Source: an uncultured Clostridia bacterium
GTDB taxonomy: Bacteria; Bacillota; Clostridia; Oscillospirales; Acutalibacteraceae
DNA length: 57,963 bases
Assembly (NCBI GenBank): GCA_944384895.1
Contig: CALWVB010000012.1
Coordinates: forward strand, 1-57,963
Direction of reading: 5' to 3'
In this document: in pieces, positions 36,019-46,992 of the stretch
Numbering within the stretch: position 1 is the first letter of the stretch
Layout: each line of letters opens with the position of its first letter
Notes under the pieces: generated by a model
Seen by the model: only the letters and a program-made list of their open reading frames with translations
What the model was told of the DNA's origin: nothing
The model's database searches: none
Position numbers and translations under genes: made by a program

Positions 36019-37149
36019 TTATTTAAATAAATTTATCAGCCATTGCCAAAAACTTGGTTTTGGTTGAGGTTCTTTTATTTTTATATCTTCATTTGCTGTA
36101 ATTATACTCGAACCTATTATTTTATTATCCAATAAAAATTGTATCTCTCCTATCACCTGTCCTTTAGATATTGGAGCATATATAAATTTAGGTATACGTA
36201 TTACCCGTTCAATACGGTTAAATTGAGAATCTAAAACCGTAACCATGCCTGGATCAGTATAAGTAAGATCAATATTATTCTTTATACCTCCCATAACAGG
36301 TATATTAATATTAACATCAGAAATATCAAGCTGTTTTTCCTGAGCTAATGAAAATCCATAATCATACATTGCCATATGGTCGTTCCAGTCATCCGGAGCG
36401 TTTAATGTTACGGCAATCAGCCTTATGCCATTGCGTTGTGCACATGATACGAGACATCTGCCGGATTTTTTAGTAAAACCAGTTTTAATTCCTATCGTTC
36501 CTTCATACATACTAAGCAATCTATTATGATTGCTTAATGTATGCTCAACAGGTGGATTACCAAATTTAACTTTAGCTGTTTTTTGACATGCAATAGATGC
36601 AAATGTTTCATTTTTCATAGCTTCCATTGCAATAAGCGCCATATCATATGCAGTAGAATAATGTTGTTCGTCGTCAAGTCCGGATGGTGTTACGAAATTA
36701 GTATTATTAGCGCCGATTTCTTTTGCTCTTTTATTCATTAATTCAGCAAAGCTTTCAGCATCGCCTGCTATAGCTATTGCTACAGCATTAGCCGCATCAT
36801 TGCCGGATGAAAGCAGCATTCCATATACTAAACCTTCTATAGTAACCTTATCGCCAGCCTTTAATCCCATAGAAGTGCCTTCTACACGAACCATTTCATC
36901 TGTAATAGTTACTATATCATCCGGTTTTCCATGTTCTATCGCAAGCAAACTGGTCATAATTTTTGTTGTGCTCGCCATGGAACGCTGTTCATTTTCATTT
37001 TTACCAAACAATATTTCACCATTTCCAGCATCTATTAAAACTGCTGAATGAGCAGATACATTAACTTGAGCTTTTACATTAGGACAATTTATAATTATTA
37101 TAAAAGCGCTTATTATTAAACAAATAATTTTACGAAATTTATTATTCAA
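36019..37149 (-). CDS. D-alanyl-D-alanine carboxypeptidase (S11, PBP5/DacB-like)
   Basis: Signal/TM N-terminus. SxxK (ASTTKIMT), SGN (LLSSGNDAA) and KTG (GIKTGFT) motifs. Confidence 0.85.
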   Translation of the reverse strand: MNNKFRKIICLIISAFIIIINCPNVKAQVNVSAHSAVLIDAGNGEILFGKNENEQRSMASTTKIMTSLLAIEHGKPDDIVTITDEMVRVEGTSMGLKAGDKVTIEGLVYGMLLSSGNDAANAVAIAIAGDAESFAELMNKRAKEIGANNTNFVTPSGLDDEQHYSTAYDMALIAMEAMKNETFASIACQKTAKVKFGNPPVEHTLSNHNRLLSMYEGTIGIKTGFTKKSGRCLVSCAQRNGIRLIAVTLNAPDDWNDHMAMYDYGFSLAQEKQLDISDVNINIPVMGGIKNNIDLTYTDPGMVTVLDSQFNRIERVIRIPKFIYAPISKGQVIGEIQFLLDNKIIGSSIITANEDIKIKEPQPKPSFWQWLINLFK

Positions 37150-37214
37150 ATAAATCCACCTGCCGCATATTATTTTTTATATACTATAAAAATATGCGGC
37201 AGATAATAGAAATA

Positions 37215-37628
37215 TTATTCTTCAATTATTTCATCAGCAGGTCCTTTTTCATTTTTGGAATTAACTGCATCTTTTATATATCCAGCTATTTTATCAACTA
37301 TATCAGGAATTAATGCAATAGCTTTTTCTGCAGTATTAGTACTGGTTGTAATAGGCATAATTTTAGTTTCTCCATTAGATACAACTATAAATGCAATTGG
37401 AACAATGGATACGCCTGCACCAGCTCCACCGCCAAAATTTTGTTTTTCACTTTTACCATTAAAATCAGAACCACCTGAACCAAAACCATATGTGACTTTT
37501 GATACTGGTATAATTGTAGTTCCGTCCAGCGTATTAATAGGATTTCCTACAATAGTATTAGCATCAACCATACCTCGGATTTTATCCATAGTAGTTCCCA
37601 TCATACCGGATACATTTGTTTCCATCAT
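37215..37628 (-). CDS. ytfJ: Sporulation protein YtfJ (GerW family)
   Basis: TIIPVSKVTYGFGSGGSDF and GGGAGAGVSIVPIAFIVV signatures. Overlaps the upstream DUF2953 gene (ATGA). Confidence 0.8.
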   Translation of the reverse strand: MMETNVSGMMGTTMDKIRGMVDANTIVGNPINTLDGTTIIPVSKVTYGFGSGGSDFNGKSEKQNFGGGAGAGVSIVPIAFIVVSNGETKIMPITTSTNTAEKAIALIPDIVDKIAGYIKDAVNSKNEKGPADEIIEE

Positions 37629-38275
37629 TTTATTGCACTGCCTTTCTCTTTTTTAGTAGATTTATTTTGTTTATCATTATTGGTATTTTTCCCATTTTTA
37701 TCTGTTAAAATAGAAATTCCATTAATAATTATAGATGTTAATATATTTATTGCAAATATTGGTAAAATCCATAACACAATATTACATTGCACATAAGTTT
37801 TTCTTGATATAAAATCTGGGCTTATACGTAAATGCCTTACTTTTAAATTTACAAATGCTTTTAATGAATTTAATACCGGATATACTGATGCGCATACAGC
37901 TCCATATAATTCACCAGTCAAAGCTGCATCATCGCAACCGATTATTAGATCTAACTGTTTTATATTAATATGAATATGCTTACGTACTTTTCGGCTTGTA
38001 TCAGAAACAATATTCCCTATTTTTTTTATAGTTTCTAAAACAAAAGATATTCCTTTGCCTTCCGGTGTTTGTTTATCTTTTTCAGTTTTCCCTTTTTTTT
38101 CTTTGTCAGGCTTTTTTTTCAGTTTTTTTCGCTTTGAAGTTATATATACAGGTATTATTCCTAAATAAACAATAATGCGTCCCTTGTTATAATACTTAAA
38201 GCTTATTCTTAAAGGAACAAAAAGCAACAGGGCAATTAAAGCTAATATAGCCAATATAATATAAAGCCAAATCAT
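37625..38275 (-). CDS. DUF2953 (YtfI-like) membrane protein
   Basis: N-terminal TM helix, Lys-rich linker and the conserved ytfI-ytfJ gene order. Confidence 0.55.
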   Translation of the reverse strand: MIWLYIILAILALIALLLFVPLRISFKYYNKGRIIVYLGIIPVYITSKRKKLKKKPDKEKKGKTEKDKQTPEGKGISFVLETIKKIGNIVSDTSRKVRKHIHINIKQLDLIIGCDDAALTGELYGAVCASVYPVLNSLKAFVNLKVRHLRISPDFISRKTYVQCNIVLWILPIFAINILTSIIINGISILTDKNGKNTNNDKQNKSTKKEKGSAIK

Positions 38276-38382
38276 GCCATGCCGCCTCCTTAGTATTAAC
38301 TGGAAATAACGGTTTTATTAATTATATGGTTTTTATTGTCTTTAATATTGATCTTCATAAAAAACCGTTATGTAATTATTTA

Positions 38383-38931
38383 TTAATCTTCAATTTCATC
38401 ATCTTCATTATGTTCTGTATTATTGTCGGGAAGCGGAGGAAGATTATCAATAGATGATAAATTAAAACATCTTAAAAAATTATCAGTAGTTCCATATATA
38501 AGTGGTCTGCCTGGTAATTCAAGCCTGCCTTTTTCTTCTATCAGCCCTTTTTCACATAACGTTGCAAAAACGCCGGAACAGTCCACTCCCCTAACCTGCT
38601 CTACAAAGGCTTTAGTAACAGGCTGGTTATAACTTATTACTGCCAAAACTTCCAGAGCAGCTTGAGACAGCGGAGAATTGCGTCTTAAATCAAGTGTTTT
38701 ACGAATATATGGCATATATTCGCTTTTAGCGCACATTTGATATTTATCATCCAATTTTATTATGCATAAAGCGCTTTTTCTTTCACAAAGCTTGTCAGAT
38801 ACATGCTGAATTATAAGATTTGCAGTATCATCATCAATTTCAAGCGTTTGAGCTATTCTTGAAATTGATACCGGTTCACCTGATGCAAATAATATAGCCT
38901 CAGCTGCACATTCAAGCTGATTAATATCCAT
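38383..38931 (-). CDS. scpB: Segregation and condensation protein B
   Basis: AILFASGEPVSI N-terminus and a tandem wHTH layout with YNQPVTKAFVEQVRGV. Overlaps scpA. Confidence 0.88.
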   Translation of the reverse strand: MDINQLECAAEAILFASGEPVSISRIAQTLEIDDDTANLIIQHVSDKLCERKSALCIIKLDDKYQMCAKSEYMPYIRKTLDLRRNSPLSQAALEVLAVISYNQPVTKAFVEQVRGVDCSGVFATLCEKGLIEEKGRLELPGRPLIYGTTDNFLRCFNLSSIDNLPPLPDNNTEHNEDDEIED

Positions 38932-39688
38932 ATTCTTCCTCCAATATTTCTTCAGGTATATCTATAACAGTGTCTTTTCTTCGCGAAGCATTTAATTTTA
39001 AACTGATATTATTCTTTTCATCATTATATAATTCAATCCTATCAGCTTTTATAAGCTCTAATACAGCCATAAAAGTTGAAACAAGTTCTGAACGGCTGTC
39101 TGCCTGTTGAAAAAGCGAGTCATATGCAATTGTTTGATTATGACGTAATTTTTTTAGTATATATATTACTCTTGACGATACTGATACAGGTTCTCTTTTA
39201 ACAATAGGGCTGAATATATCCTGTGGCGGAGGTAATTTTCTATTTCCTCGTCCTACTGCATTAAGATAAGCCGCAATTAAGATATCAGCATTATGTTTAC
39301 GATCATAAACCTTATCAGGCTCTATATTTAAAGGTTGTCTTACAAAAAGATCAAAGCCTAAAGCAATATCTTTAAGTTTTTGAGCCGCTTCTCTGCATGC
39401 TTTATATTCAATAAGTTGTCCCTTTAATTCCTGTTCCAGCTGTTCGCCTTCGTCATATTTTGGCAGTAAAGATACAGTTTTTATATATACTAGTCTTGCC
39501 GCCATATCAAGAAATTCGCTGGCGATATCCATATCTGTTTCCTGCATTGTATGAATATGTTCCATATATTGGTCAAGCAGGTCTGTTATGAATATTTCAT
39601 ATATATCGAGCTTATTTTTTGAAATAAGATACAATAACAGATCAAGAGGGCCTTCAAACTGTTCTAATTTATAATTAATCTTTTCCAT
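38921..39688 (-). CDS. scpA: Segregation and condensation protein A
   Basis: FEGPLDLLLYLI signature. Start taken at MEKINYKLEQ (39688), by analogy with ScpA N-termini; the ORF track extends to 39730. Confidence 0.85.
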   Translation of the reverse strand: MEKINYKLEQFEGPLDLLLYLISKNKLDIYEIFITDLLDQYMEHIHTMQETDMDIASEFLDMAARLVYIKTVSLLPKYDEGEQLEQELKGQLIEYKACREAAQKLKDIALGFDLFVRQPLNIEPDKVYDRKHNADILIAAYLNAVGRGNRKLPPPQDIFSPIVKREPVSVSSRVIYILKKLRHNQTIAYDSLFQQADSRSELVSTFMAVLELIKADRIELYNDEKNNISLKLNASRRKDTVIDIPEEILEEEYGY

Positions 39689-39701
39689 ATAAATACAGAT
39701 T

Positions 39702-40394
39702 TTATACTCCAAATAATGAGAAGATAGCATTTACAACAAAATACAACCCGTTATATGCTCCGCTAATTAATGCCGAATACCAATCGCCCACTATAGTAAA
39801 TCTAAGTAAAAATATAAATGCTAATAAAATGAACATAGAATATCTTTGCATAGTATACATAACTCTTTCAGGTAGAAAGAAACCATATATTTTTGAACCA
39901 TCTAAAGGTGGTACCGGTAATAAATTAAATACGGCTAAAGTTAAGCTTATTGATGACATCATTAAAAATACCTGAGCTATAATATATGGAAAAATAGCAG
40001 CAGAAGCATTAATAGGATTATAAAAAATTAAAGCTACTCTTGCTATAATCATAGCTAAAAAAGCAAATATAATATTAGAAATAGGTCCAGCTGCAGCAGT
40101 AATAGCCATACCAACGCGTGGATTTTTAAATTTATATTGGTTTACTGAAACAGGTTTTCCCCAGCCTATACCAAATAAAACAAAGCATATAACACCGAAA
40201 GCATCAATATGTTTAGTTGGATTAAGCGACATTCTACCCATCCATTTTTGGTTATCGTCTCCCAATTTATACGCCGTAAAAGCATGGGCGCTTTCATGTA
40301 TTGGAGTTAATAAAAAGATTATAAAAAAATAAGCCAAAACAGACATTAAAAAGCTGAGCCAATCGCCTCTTAATAAAGAAGTTAATAAAGTCAT
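39702..40394 (-). CDS. M50 site-2 protease family membrane protein (YwhC-like)
   Basis: HESAHAFTAY (HExxH) and NLLPVPPLDGSKI motifs, with multiple TM helices. Confidence 0.8.
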   Translation of the reverse strand: MTLLTSLLRGDWLSFLMSVLAYFFIIFLLTPIHESAHAFTAYKLGDDNQKWMGRMSLNPTKHIDAFGVICFVLFGIGWGKPVSVNQYKFKNPRVGMAITAAAGPISNIIFAFLAMIIARVALIFYNPINASAAIFPYIIAQVFLMMSSISLTLAVFNLLPVPPLDGSKIYGFFLPERVMYTMQRYSMFILLAFIFLLRFTIVGDWYSALISGAYNGLYFVVNAIFSLFGV

Positions 40395-40548
40395 AATATC
40401 AATATTCCGTCCTTTATTTAATATTAAACAAATTATATTTAGATGGATAATATTAGTATTGTATCATAATAGTAAATTACATTCAATAAAGAAAAAAATA
40501 ATTATTATTGTGTTAATATATATGAATATTAAAATAGTATGTTTTAGG

Positions 40549-40577
40549 TTGCTTTTGGATAAAAAATCATATATAAT
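40549..40577 (+). promoter_or_regulatory. Sigma-70 promoter candidate for recA
   Basis: TTGCTT (40549-40554), 17-nt spacer, TATAAT (40572-40577). Confidence 0.4.
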
Positions 40578-40625
40578 TGCTCTATATAAGAATTTATGAC
40601 GTGATTTAGGAGGAAAGCTTTTATA

Positions 40626-41792
40626 ATGGCTAAATTAGATAAAAATGATGAAAAAAATATGCTTGAAAAAAAGAAAGCATTAGAAACAGCTTTACAAAAT
40701 ATAGAAAAACAATTTGGTAAAGGCGCTGTAATGAAATTAGGCCAAAATGCCGCTATGAATGTTGAAGCTATACCAACAGGTTCTATTGCGCTTGATTATG
40801 CTTTAGGTATAGGCGGCGTACCACGCGGAAGAATTATAGAAATATACGGCCCGGAATCTTCGGGTAAAACAACGCTTGCTTTGCATATTATAGCGCAGGC
40901 TCAAAAGATGGGCGGTGAAGCTGCATTTATTGACGTTGAACATGCGTTAGACCCAGAATATTCAAAAGCTCTGGGCGTAAATATAGATTCACTTTTAGTA
41001 TCTCAGCCGGATACAGGCGAACAGGCGCTTGAAATAACCGAAGCGTTAGTACGTTCAGGTGCGGTTGATGTATGCGTAGTTGACTCCGTCGCTGCATTAG
41101 TACCACGCCAGGAAATAGAAGGCGAAATGGGTGATTCACATATCGGATTGCAGGCAAGGTTAATGTCTCAAGCTCTTCGTAAATTGGCTGGTGCTATATC
41201 CAAATCAAACTGTGTGCTTATTTTTATAAACCAGCTTCGTATGAAAGTCGGCGTTATGTACGGTAGTCCTGAAGTTACTTCAGGCGGTAATGCGCTTAAA
41301 TATTATGCGTCAGTGCGTATAGATATCAGAAGGATAGAAACAATTAAAAGCGGTACTGAAATGATAGGTTCCCGTACACGCGCAAAAGTAGTAAAAAATA
41401 AAGTCGCGCCTCCATTCAAAGAAGCTGAATTTGATATTATGTACGGCAGCGGTATTTCACGTGACGGTGAAATTTTAGATTTAGGCGTAAAGCTTGATAT
41501 AATTAAAAAGAGCGGCACATGGTTTAGCTATAATGATACAAGGATGGGCCAAGGAAGGGATAATGCAAAAATATTCCTTGCAAATAATCCTGATATAACC
41601 GATGAAATAGATAAGCAAATACGTGCAAATGCTGATAAGCTTGTATTAAGCCGTACTGCAAAAGGCAGAAAGAGTGTTGCAGCAGATATCCCAGCGCCAC
41701 CAGTACCTTCACCTTCATCATCTCCTGTGCAGGATAAACCGGTTTCATCTGCTCCTAAAGCAAGCATTGATATTACTGTTGATGATGAATAA
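40626..41792 (+). CDS. recA: Recombinase RecA
   Basis: Walker [10 protein letters not shown], plus the [10 protein letters not shown] and FINQLR motifs. Pro/Ser-rich C-terminal tail. Confidence 0.97.
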   Translation: MAKLDKNDEKNMLEKKKALETALQNIEKQFGKGAVMKLGQNAAMNVEAIPTGSIALDYALGIGGVPRGRIIEIYGPESSGKTTLALHIIAQAQKMGGEAAFIDVEHALDPEYSKALGVNIDSLLVSQPDTGEQALEITEALVRSGAVDVCVVDSVAALVPRQEIEGEMGDSHIGLQARLMSQALRKLAGAISKSNCVLIFINQLRMKVGVMYGSPEVTSGGNALKYYASVRIDIRRIETIKSGTEMIGSRTRAKVVKNKVAPPFKEAEFDIMYGSGISRDGEILDLGVKLDIIKKSGTWFSYNDTRMGQGRDNAKIFLANNPDITDEIDKQIRANADKLVLSRTAKGRKSVAADIPAPPVPSPSSSPVQDKPVSSAPKASIDITVDDE

Positions 41793-42424
41793 TGCTGATA
41801 ACTGGAATTTATATAAGAAAAGATAGGTTATATCTGCTTTATTCAGGCGACGATGCAGTCGCTTTGCTTGATGAAAAAGCAATGGCTGAATCTGGTATTA
41901 TAGTTGGATATAATATAAATGAAGAAGCTCTTAATAAGCTAATTTATCAAACAGATATACGGCGTGCAACCTCTAAGGCTTTAGATCTTTTATCGCGCCG
42001 TGATTATTGCTGTGTTGAATTAATGCGAAGATTATCAAAAAACTTCAGTGAAGATATATGCCAGGCTGTAATAAATGCTATGCTTAAGAAAAATTATATA
42101 AACGATGAGCGCTATGCCAAAAATGCAGCTTATAGTTTATTAAGCCATAAAAGTTTTTCTCCTTCTAGAGCTGTATTTGAACTAGTGTCAAGAGGTATTG
42201 ACAGAGATACTGCTCAAACGGCTGTTGATATTACTAAAGATGAATTGGAATATGATCCTATAGAGGAGATTTATTCAGTAATAGAAAGAAAATATCCTAA
42301 ATGCGCTATTGATGAAAAAATTCAGCTCAGATGTTTTAATGCGCTTTTAAGGCTTGGATATTCACGATCAGATATAATTACTGCAATGGATGAATACAAA
42401 GCAGATAATTTAAATGAAGAATAA
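41792..42424 (+). CDS. recX: Recombination regulator RecX
   Basis: Start overlaps the recA stop (TAATG). Three-helix repeats (RALDLLSRRDY...ELMRRL). Confidence 0.8.
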   Translation: MLITGIYIRKDRLYLLYSGDDAVALLDEKAMAESGIIVGYNINEEALNKLIYQTDIRRATSKALDLLSRRDYCCVELMRRLSKNFSEDICQAVINAMLKKNYINDERYAKNAAYSLLSHKSFSPSRAVFELVSRGIDRDTAQTAVDITKDELEYDPIEEIYSVIERKYPKCAIDEKIQLRCFNALLRLGYSRSDIITAMDEYKADNLNEE

Positions 42425-42448
42425 TTTTTTATGTTACGGGGGACAAAT

Positions 42449-43777
42449 ATGTCCATAAAAATAGGAATGGTATCCTTAGGATGCCCTAAGAATCAGGTTG
42501 ATGCTGAACTTATGCTTAATAAGCTCTGCAAAGATAATAATTATGAAATTGTTAATGATGAAAATAAGGCTGATGTTATTATAGTAAACACATGCGGCTT
42601 TATAGAAGACGCTAAAAAAGAATCAATTGAAACAATATTAGAATTTGTTCAGCTAAAAGAACAAGGTAAAATTAAAGCAGTTATTGCAACAGGTTGTCTT
42701 GCTGAACGTTATCGTGATGAAATGGTTAAAGAAATCCCAGAGCTTGACGGTGTAGTTGGCATCGGCTGTAATGGTCAGATTGCTGAAATAGTAAATAAAG
42801 CGGTAAATATAGGGCATATTGCCTGTTATGGTAAAAAAACTGATCTTCCAATGGAAGGACAGCGTATGCTTACTACTCTTGCTCATACGGCTTATCTCAA
42901 GATAGCTGATGGATGCGATAACTGTTGTACATATTGCGCTATTCCTATGATAAGAGGACCGTTTCGTTCTCGTAAAATTGAAGATATTGTTAATGAAGCT
43001 AATGATTTAGTTTCAAAAGGTGTTAAAGAAATTGTACTTATTGCTCAGGATACCACCCGTTATGGACTTGATATTTATAATCGTCTTGCTTTGCCTGACC
43101 TATTAACAGAGCTTTGTAAAATTAACGGTATTAAATGGATACGGTTATTATATTGTTATCCGGATTTTATCACAGATGAACTGCTTGATGTTATTGCATC
43201 AAACGATAAAATATGCCGGTATATGGATATCCCCCTGCAACATTGCGATAGAGATGTATTAAAAGCCATGAATCGCCGTGGTGATAAACAATGGTTGTCA
43301 AATCTTATTAAAAAGATACGCGATAAAATCCCAGGTATAACATTACGCACTACCCTTATAACCGGTTTTCCTGGTGAAACTGAACAGCAATTTAATGAAT
43401 TGTGCGATTTTGTAAATGAGATGAAATTTGAACATCTCGGCTGCTTTGCATATTCAGCAGAAGAAGATACTATTGCAGCCCAGATGGATAATCAAATTGA
43501 TGAAAAAATTAAACAACGCCGCCAAGAAATTATAATGGAGCAGCAAAGAGATATTGCTTTAAAGCATATCAAGGAATATATTGGCAAAACTATAACAGTT
43601 GTAGCAGAATATTATGATGAAGATAGTTTCTGCTGGATTGGAAGAAGCGAAAGAGATGCTCCTGAAATAGATGGGAGGGTAATATTTGGCTCTGCCTCCC
43701 CTATTAATACTGGTGATTTTGTTGATGTGCGTATAATTGATTGTATTGAATATGATTTAATCGGACAGCATGATTAA
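42449..43777 (+). CDS. rimO: Ribosomal protein S12 methylthiotransferase
   Basis: MTTase N-domain (SLGCPKN, NTCGF), radical-SAM CDNCCTYC and a TRAM C-terminus. Start at ATG 42449 behind GGGGGA. Confidence 0.9.
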   Translation: MSIKIGMVSLGCPKNQVDAELMLNKLCKDNNYEIVNDENKADVIIVNTCGFIEDAKKESIETILEFVQLKEQGKIKAVIATGCLAERYRDEMVKEIPELDGVVGIGCNGQIAEIVNKAVNIGHIACYGKKTDLPMEGQRMLTTLAHTAYLKIADGCDNCCTYCAIPMIRGPFRSRKIEDIVNEANDLVSKGVKEIVLIAQDTTRYGLDIYNRLALPDLLTELCKINGIKWIRLLYCYPDFITDELLDVIASNDKICRYMDIPLQHCDRDVLKAMNRRGDKQWLSNLIKKIRDKIPGITLRTTLITGFPGETEQQFNELCDFVNEMKFEHLGCFAYSAEEDTIAAQMDNQIDEKIKQRRQEIIMEQQRDIALKHIKEYIGKTITVVAEYYDEDSFCWIGRSERDAPEIDGRVIFGSASPINTGDFVDVRIIDCIEYDLIGQHD

Positions 43778-43805
43778 TAAATATTCAAAGGAGGAACATA
43801 TTGTT

Positions 43806-44405
43806 TTGAATATTCCAAATAAACTAACAATAATCAGAGTCTGTTTATCTCCAGTATTTTTAATATTTTTATTATGGTCTAGTTTGCCTCATCATTATCT
43901 TTATGCTAATTTAATATTTATAATAGCCTCTATTACAGATGCTATTGATGGGAAATTTGCAAGAAAGCATAATCTTATTACTGATTTTGGTAAATTTTTA
44001 GATCCTCTTGCTGATAAAATATTAGTAGCATGCGCACTGGTAGGTATGGTAGAACTGCATATTTTAAGCTCCTGGTATTGTGTTATAATATTAGCAAGGG
44101 AATTTATGGTAACATCTATAAGATTAGTTGCCGCTGGCAAAGGTAATGTTATTGCGGCGAATTTCTGGGGTAAATTAAAAACAGTAACTCAATTAATCGC
44201 AATTATAGCAATATTAACTTTTGAAGAAGGCTTATTTATATTAAATGAATATTTTTCAGCCTTAGCTGCGCCTTATATGAACATAATTAACACATCAGTT
44301 TTATGGCTGAATAATATATTAATGGCAATAGCAACTTTAGCTACTGTTATTTCAGGTATAAAATATGTTTCTGAAAATATACAGTATATAAAAAGCGGCA
44401 AATAA
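43806..44405 (+). CDS. pgsA: CDP-diacylglycerol-glycerol-3-phosphate 3-phosphatidyltransferase
   Basis: CDP-alcohol phosphatidyltransferase motif DAIDGKFARKHNLITDFGKFLDPLADK. TTG 43806 (NIPNKLT) 11 nt after AAGGAGG; the ORF track begins at 43770. Confidence 0.85.
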   Translation: MNIPNKLTIIRVCLSPVFLIFLLWSSLPHHYLYANLIFIIASITDAIDGKFARKHNLITDFGKFLDPLADKILVACALVGMVELHILSSWYCVIILAREFMVTSIRLVAAGKGNVIAANFWGKLKTVTQLIAIIAILTFEEGLFILNEYFSALAAPYMNIINTSVLWLNNILMAIATLATVISGIKYVSENIQYIKSGK

Positions 44406-44428
44406 TATTTTAGGGGGACGATATACAA

Positions 44429-45079
44429 TTGTTTCGTTCAAAAAAATTACAGCAGGATATAGATGCTATTAGAGAAAGGGATCCTGCTGCCAGGTCTGAT
44501 TTTGAAGTTATAGCATTATACCAAGGTCTTAAAGCTGTGCGCTCTCACCGCAAAGCTCACTGGTTTTATAAACATAATATGTTGTTTTTAGCCCGTTGGA
44601 TAAGCCAAAGAAACCGTAAAAAAACCGGTATAGAAATACATCCGGGCGCGAAAATAGGCAAAGGTTTATTAATTGATCATGGTATGGGGGTTGTTATAGG
44701 CGAGACCACTGAAATTGGCGACAACTGTACTATTTATCAAGGAGTAACCTTAGGCGGTACTGGTAAAGATAAAGGTAAAAGGCATCCTACTTTGGGTAAT
44801 AATGTGCTTGTAGGCGCAGGCGCAAAAGTATTAGGCCCAATTAAAATAGGAGATAACGTAAAAATAGCGGCTAATGCTGTCGTGTTGCAGGAAGTACCTC
44901 CTAATTCTACTGCTGTAGGCGTACCTGCAAGAGTTGTTAAGCGTGACGGCGTTAAAGTTGATCCTTTAGATCATATTCATATCCCTGACCCGGTCGCTAT
45001 GGAGTTATGCCGTCTTGATGCACAAATAGAAATATTAAAAAAGCAAATATTAAAAATAAAAAATAATATAGATGATTAA
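44429..45079 (+). CDS. cysE: Serine O-acetyltransferase
   Basis: Left-handed beta-helix hexapeptide repeats ([30 protein letters not shown]). N-terminal SATase helices with DPAA. Confidence 0.88.
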   Translation: MFRSKKLQQDIDAIRERDPAARSDFEVIALYQGLKAVRSHRKAHWFYKHNMLFLARWISQRNRKKTGIEIHPGAKIGKGLLIDHGMGVVIGETTEIGDNCTIYQGVTLGGTGKDKGKRHPTLGNNVLVGAGAKVLGPIKIGDNVKIAANAVVLQEVPPNSTAVGVPARVVKRDGVKVDPLDHIHIPDPVAMELCRLDAQIEILKKQILKIKNNIDD

Positions 45080-45105
45080 TCTTGATATAATAAGGTGGTT
45101 TTATT

Positions 45106-46497
45106 ATGAAGCTTTTTAATACAATGACCATGCAAAAGGAAGAATTCAAGCCTATTGCCGATGAAGTACGTATTTATGCATGCGGGCCTACTGTTTATAA
45201 TTTTATTCATATAGGCAATGCCCGTCCGTTATGTGTATTTGATGTATTGAGAAGATATATGGAATACCGTGGTATGAAGGTAAAATTTGTCCAGAATTTT
45301 ACTGATATTGACGATAAGCTGATTAATAAAGCTAAAGAAGAAGGTATAACAGTACCAGAAGTTGCCGAAAGATATATTAAAGAATTCTGGACAGATGTAA
45401 AAGGGCTTAATATTCGTGAAGCTACTGTACATCCAAGAGCTACAGAAAATATTGAGGAAATCAAAAAATTTATCGCTACTCTTATTGAAAAAGGTTATGC
45501 ATATGAAGCAAATGGAGACGTATATTTTCGTACTACTAAATTTAATGAGTATGGTAAGCTATCCCATCAGCCTATAGAAGATTTACAATCCGGCGCAAGG
45601 ATAGAGGTTGCTGATATAAAAGAAAATCCTCTTGATTTTGCTTTATGGAAAGGCGCTAAACCAGGCGAACCTATGTGGGATACTCCTTGGGGTAAAGGCC
45701 GTCCAGGCTGGCATATTGAATGTTCAGCTATGGCAAGAAGATATCTTGGCGATACTATTGATATCCATTGCGGTGGCCAGGATTTAATATTCCCGCATCA
45801 TGAAAATGAAATAGCTCAAAGCGAATGTGCAAACGGTGTTCCTTTTGCAAGATTTTGGATGCATAATGGTTATATAAATGTAGATAACCGTAAAATGTCT
45901 AAATCTTTAGGTAATTTCTTTACTGTACGTGAAGTAGCTGAAAAATATGGCTATGAACCTATACGCTATTTGATGATTGCTTCACATTACAGAAGCCCTA
46001 TTAATTATTCTGTTGAAGTAATCGAACAATGTAAAGCAGCTTTGGAAAGGCTTTATAATTGCCGTGATAATCTTGATTTTGCAATAAATAATGCACAAGA
46101 CGGAGATCTCAATAAAAATTTATGCAAAATATTTGATTCCCGCCGCGATGAGTTTATCAAAGCTATGGATGATGATTTAAATACTGCGGACGGTATTGCT
46201 GCTATTTTTGAATTGGTACGCGATATAAATGCAAATATAATAGGCCATGATGTATCAAAACAGACAATGGAATATGCTGCAAAAGTATTTGATGAACTCA
46301 CAGGTGTACTTGGTATTGTATATAACCGTTCATCTAACAATTCATTAGATGATGAAATAGAAAAATTAATTGAACAGCGTACACAGGCAAGAAAAGATAA
46401 AAATTGGGCTGAGGCTGACCGTATACGCGATCAGTTAAAGGATATGGGTATTGTACTTGAAGATACCCCGCAAGGTATTAAATGGAAAAAAATATAA
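45106..46497 (+). CDS. cysS: Cysteine-tRNA ligase
   Basis: HIGH-type motif (FIHIGNARP), KMSKS (RKMSKSLGN) and zinc-site CGPTVY. Confidence 0.95.
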   Translation: MKLFNTMTMQKEEFKPIADEVRIYACGPTVYNFIHIGNARPLCVFDVLRRYMEYRGMKVKFVQNFTDIDDKLINKAKEEGITVPEVAERYIKEFWTDVKGLNIREATVHPRATENIEEIKKFIATLIEKGYAYEANGDVYFRTTKFNEYGKLSHQPIEDLQSGARIEVADIKENPLDFALWKGAKPGEPMWDTPWGKGRPGWHIECSAMARRYLGDTIDIHCGGQDLIFPHHENEIAQSECANGVPFARFWMHNGYINVDNRKMSKSLGNFFTVREVAEKYGYEPIRYLMIASHYRSPINYSVEVIEQCKAALERLYNCRDNLDFAINNAQDGDLNKNLCKIFDSRRDEFIKAMDDDLNTADGIAAIFELVRDINANIIGHDVSKQTMEYAAKVFDELTGVLGIVYNRSSNNSLDDEIEKLIEQRTQARKDKNWAEADRIRDQLKDMGIVLEDTPQGIKWKKI

Positions 46498-46669
46498 TCG
46501 CAAAATTAGTTATAATGCAAGGGGCTTGCATCTTGTACAAATATATGATATTATATTAGTGCAAACATCACAAACAGCAGTTTTTCTATTATGTATAACG
46601 TTTATATTGGTTGTTATTTATAATTAGTTTTTTTATACATTATCGTATTTACTGAACGGAGGATGTTAA

Positions 46670-46906
46670 ATGAAAAAGATTATTCGTAGAAAAACCTATA
46701 ATACAGATACTGCTGAAAAAATAGGTTCTTATGCTCAAGGCCAGTTTGGTGATCCTGCTGGTTATGAAGAATCACTTTATAAAACTAAAACTGCTGGATA
46801 TTTTCTTTATGGCATCGGAGGCGAACAAAGTAAGTATCCAATTGAGACTATAACTCCTATAACAGACGATGAAGCAGAAGAATGGATACAGTCTTACTGC
46901 AAATAA
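46670..46906 (+). CDS. Hypothetical small protein
   Basis: 78-aa ORF behind GGAGG, followed by a clean terminator. No motif recognised. Confidence 0.5.
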   Translation: MKKIIRRKTYNTDTAEKIGSYAQGQFGDPAGYEESLYKTKTAGYFLYGIGGEQSKYPIETITPITDDEAEEWIQSYCK

Positions 46907-46933
46907 TGCATTAAAATTTTTAGCTATTAATAA

Positions 46934-46972
46934 AATATGCCCCGCTTAAAAATTAAGCAGGGCATATTTTTA
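46934..46972 (+). terminator. Rho-independent terminator
   Basis: ATATGCCCcGCTTA-aaaat-TAAGCaGGGCATAT followed by TTTT. Confidence 0.7.
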
Positions 46973-46992
46973 GTTTATTTAGGAGGTATTTT

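Noticed and set aside
40395-40625. LexA (Cheo-box CGAACnnnnGTTCG) operator upstream of recA
   Set aside because: No GAAC-N4-GTTC-like palindrome is visible in the 230-nt upstream region. Only a sigma-70-like promoter is seen.
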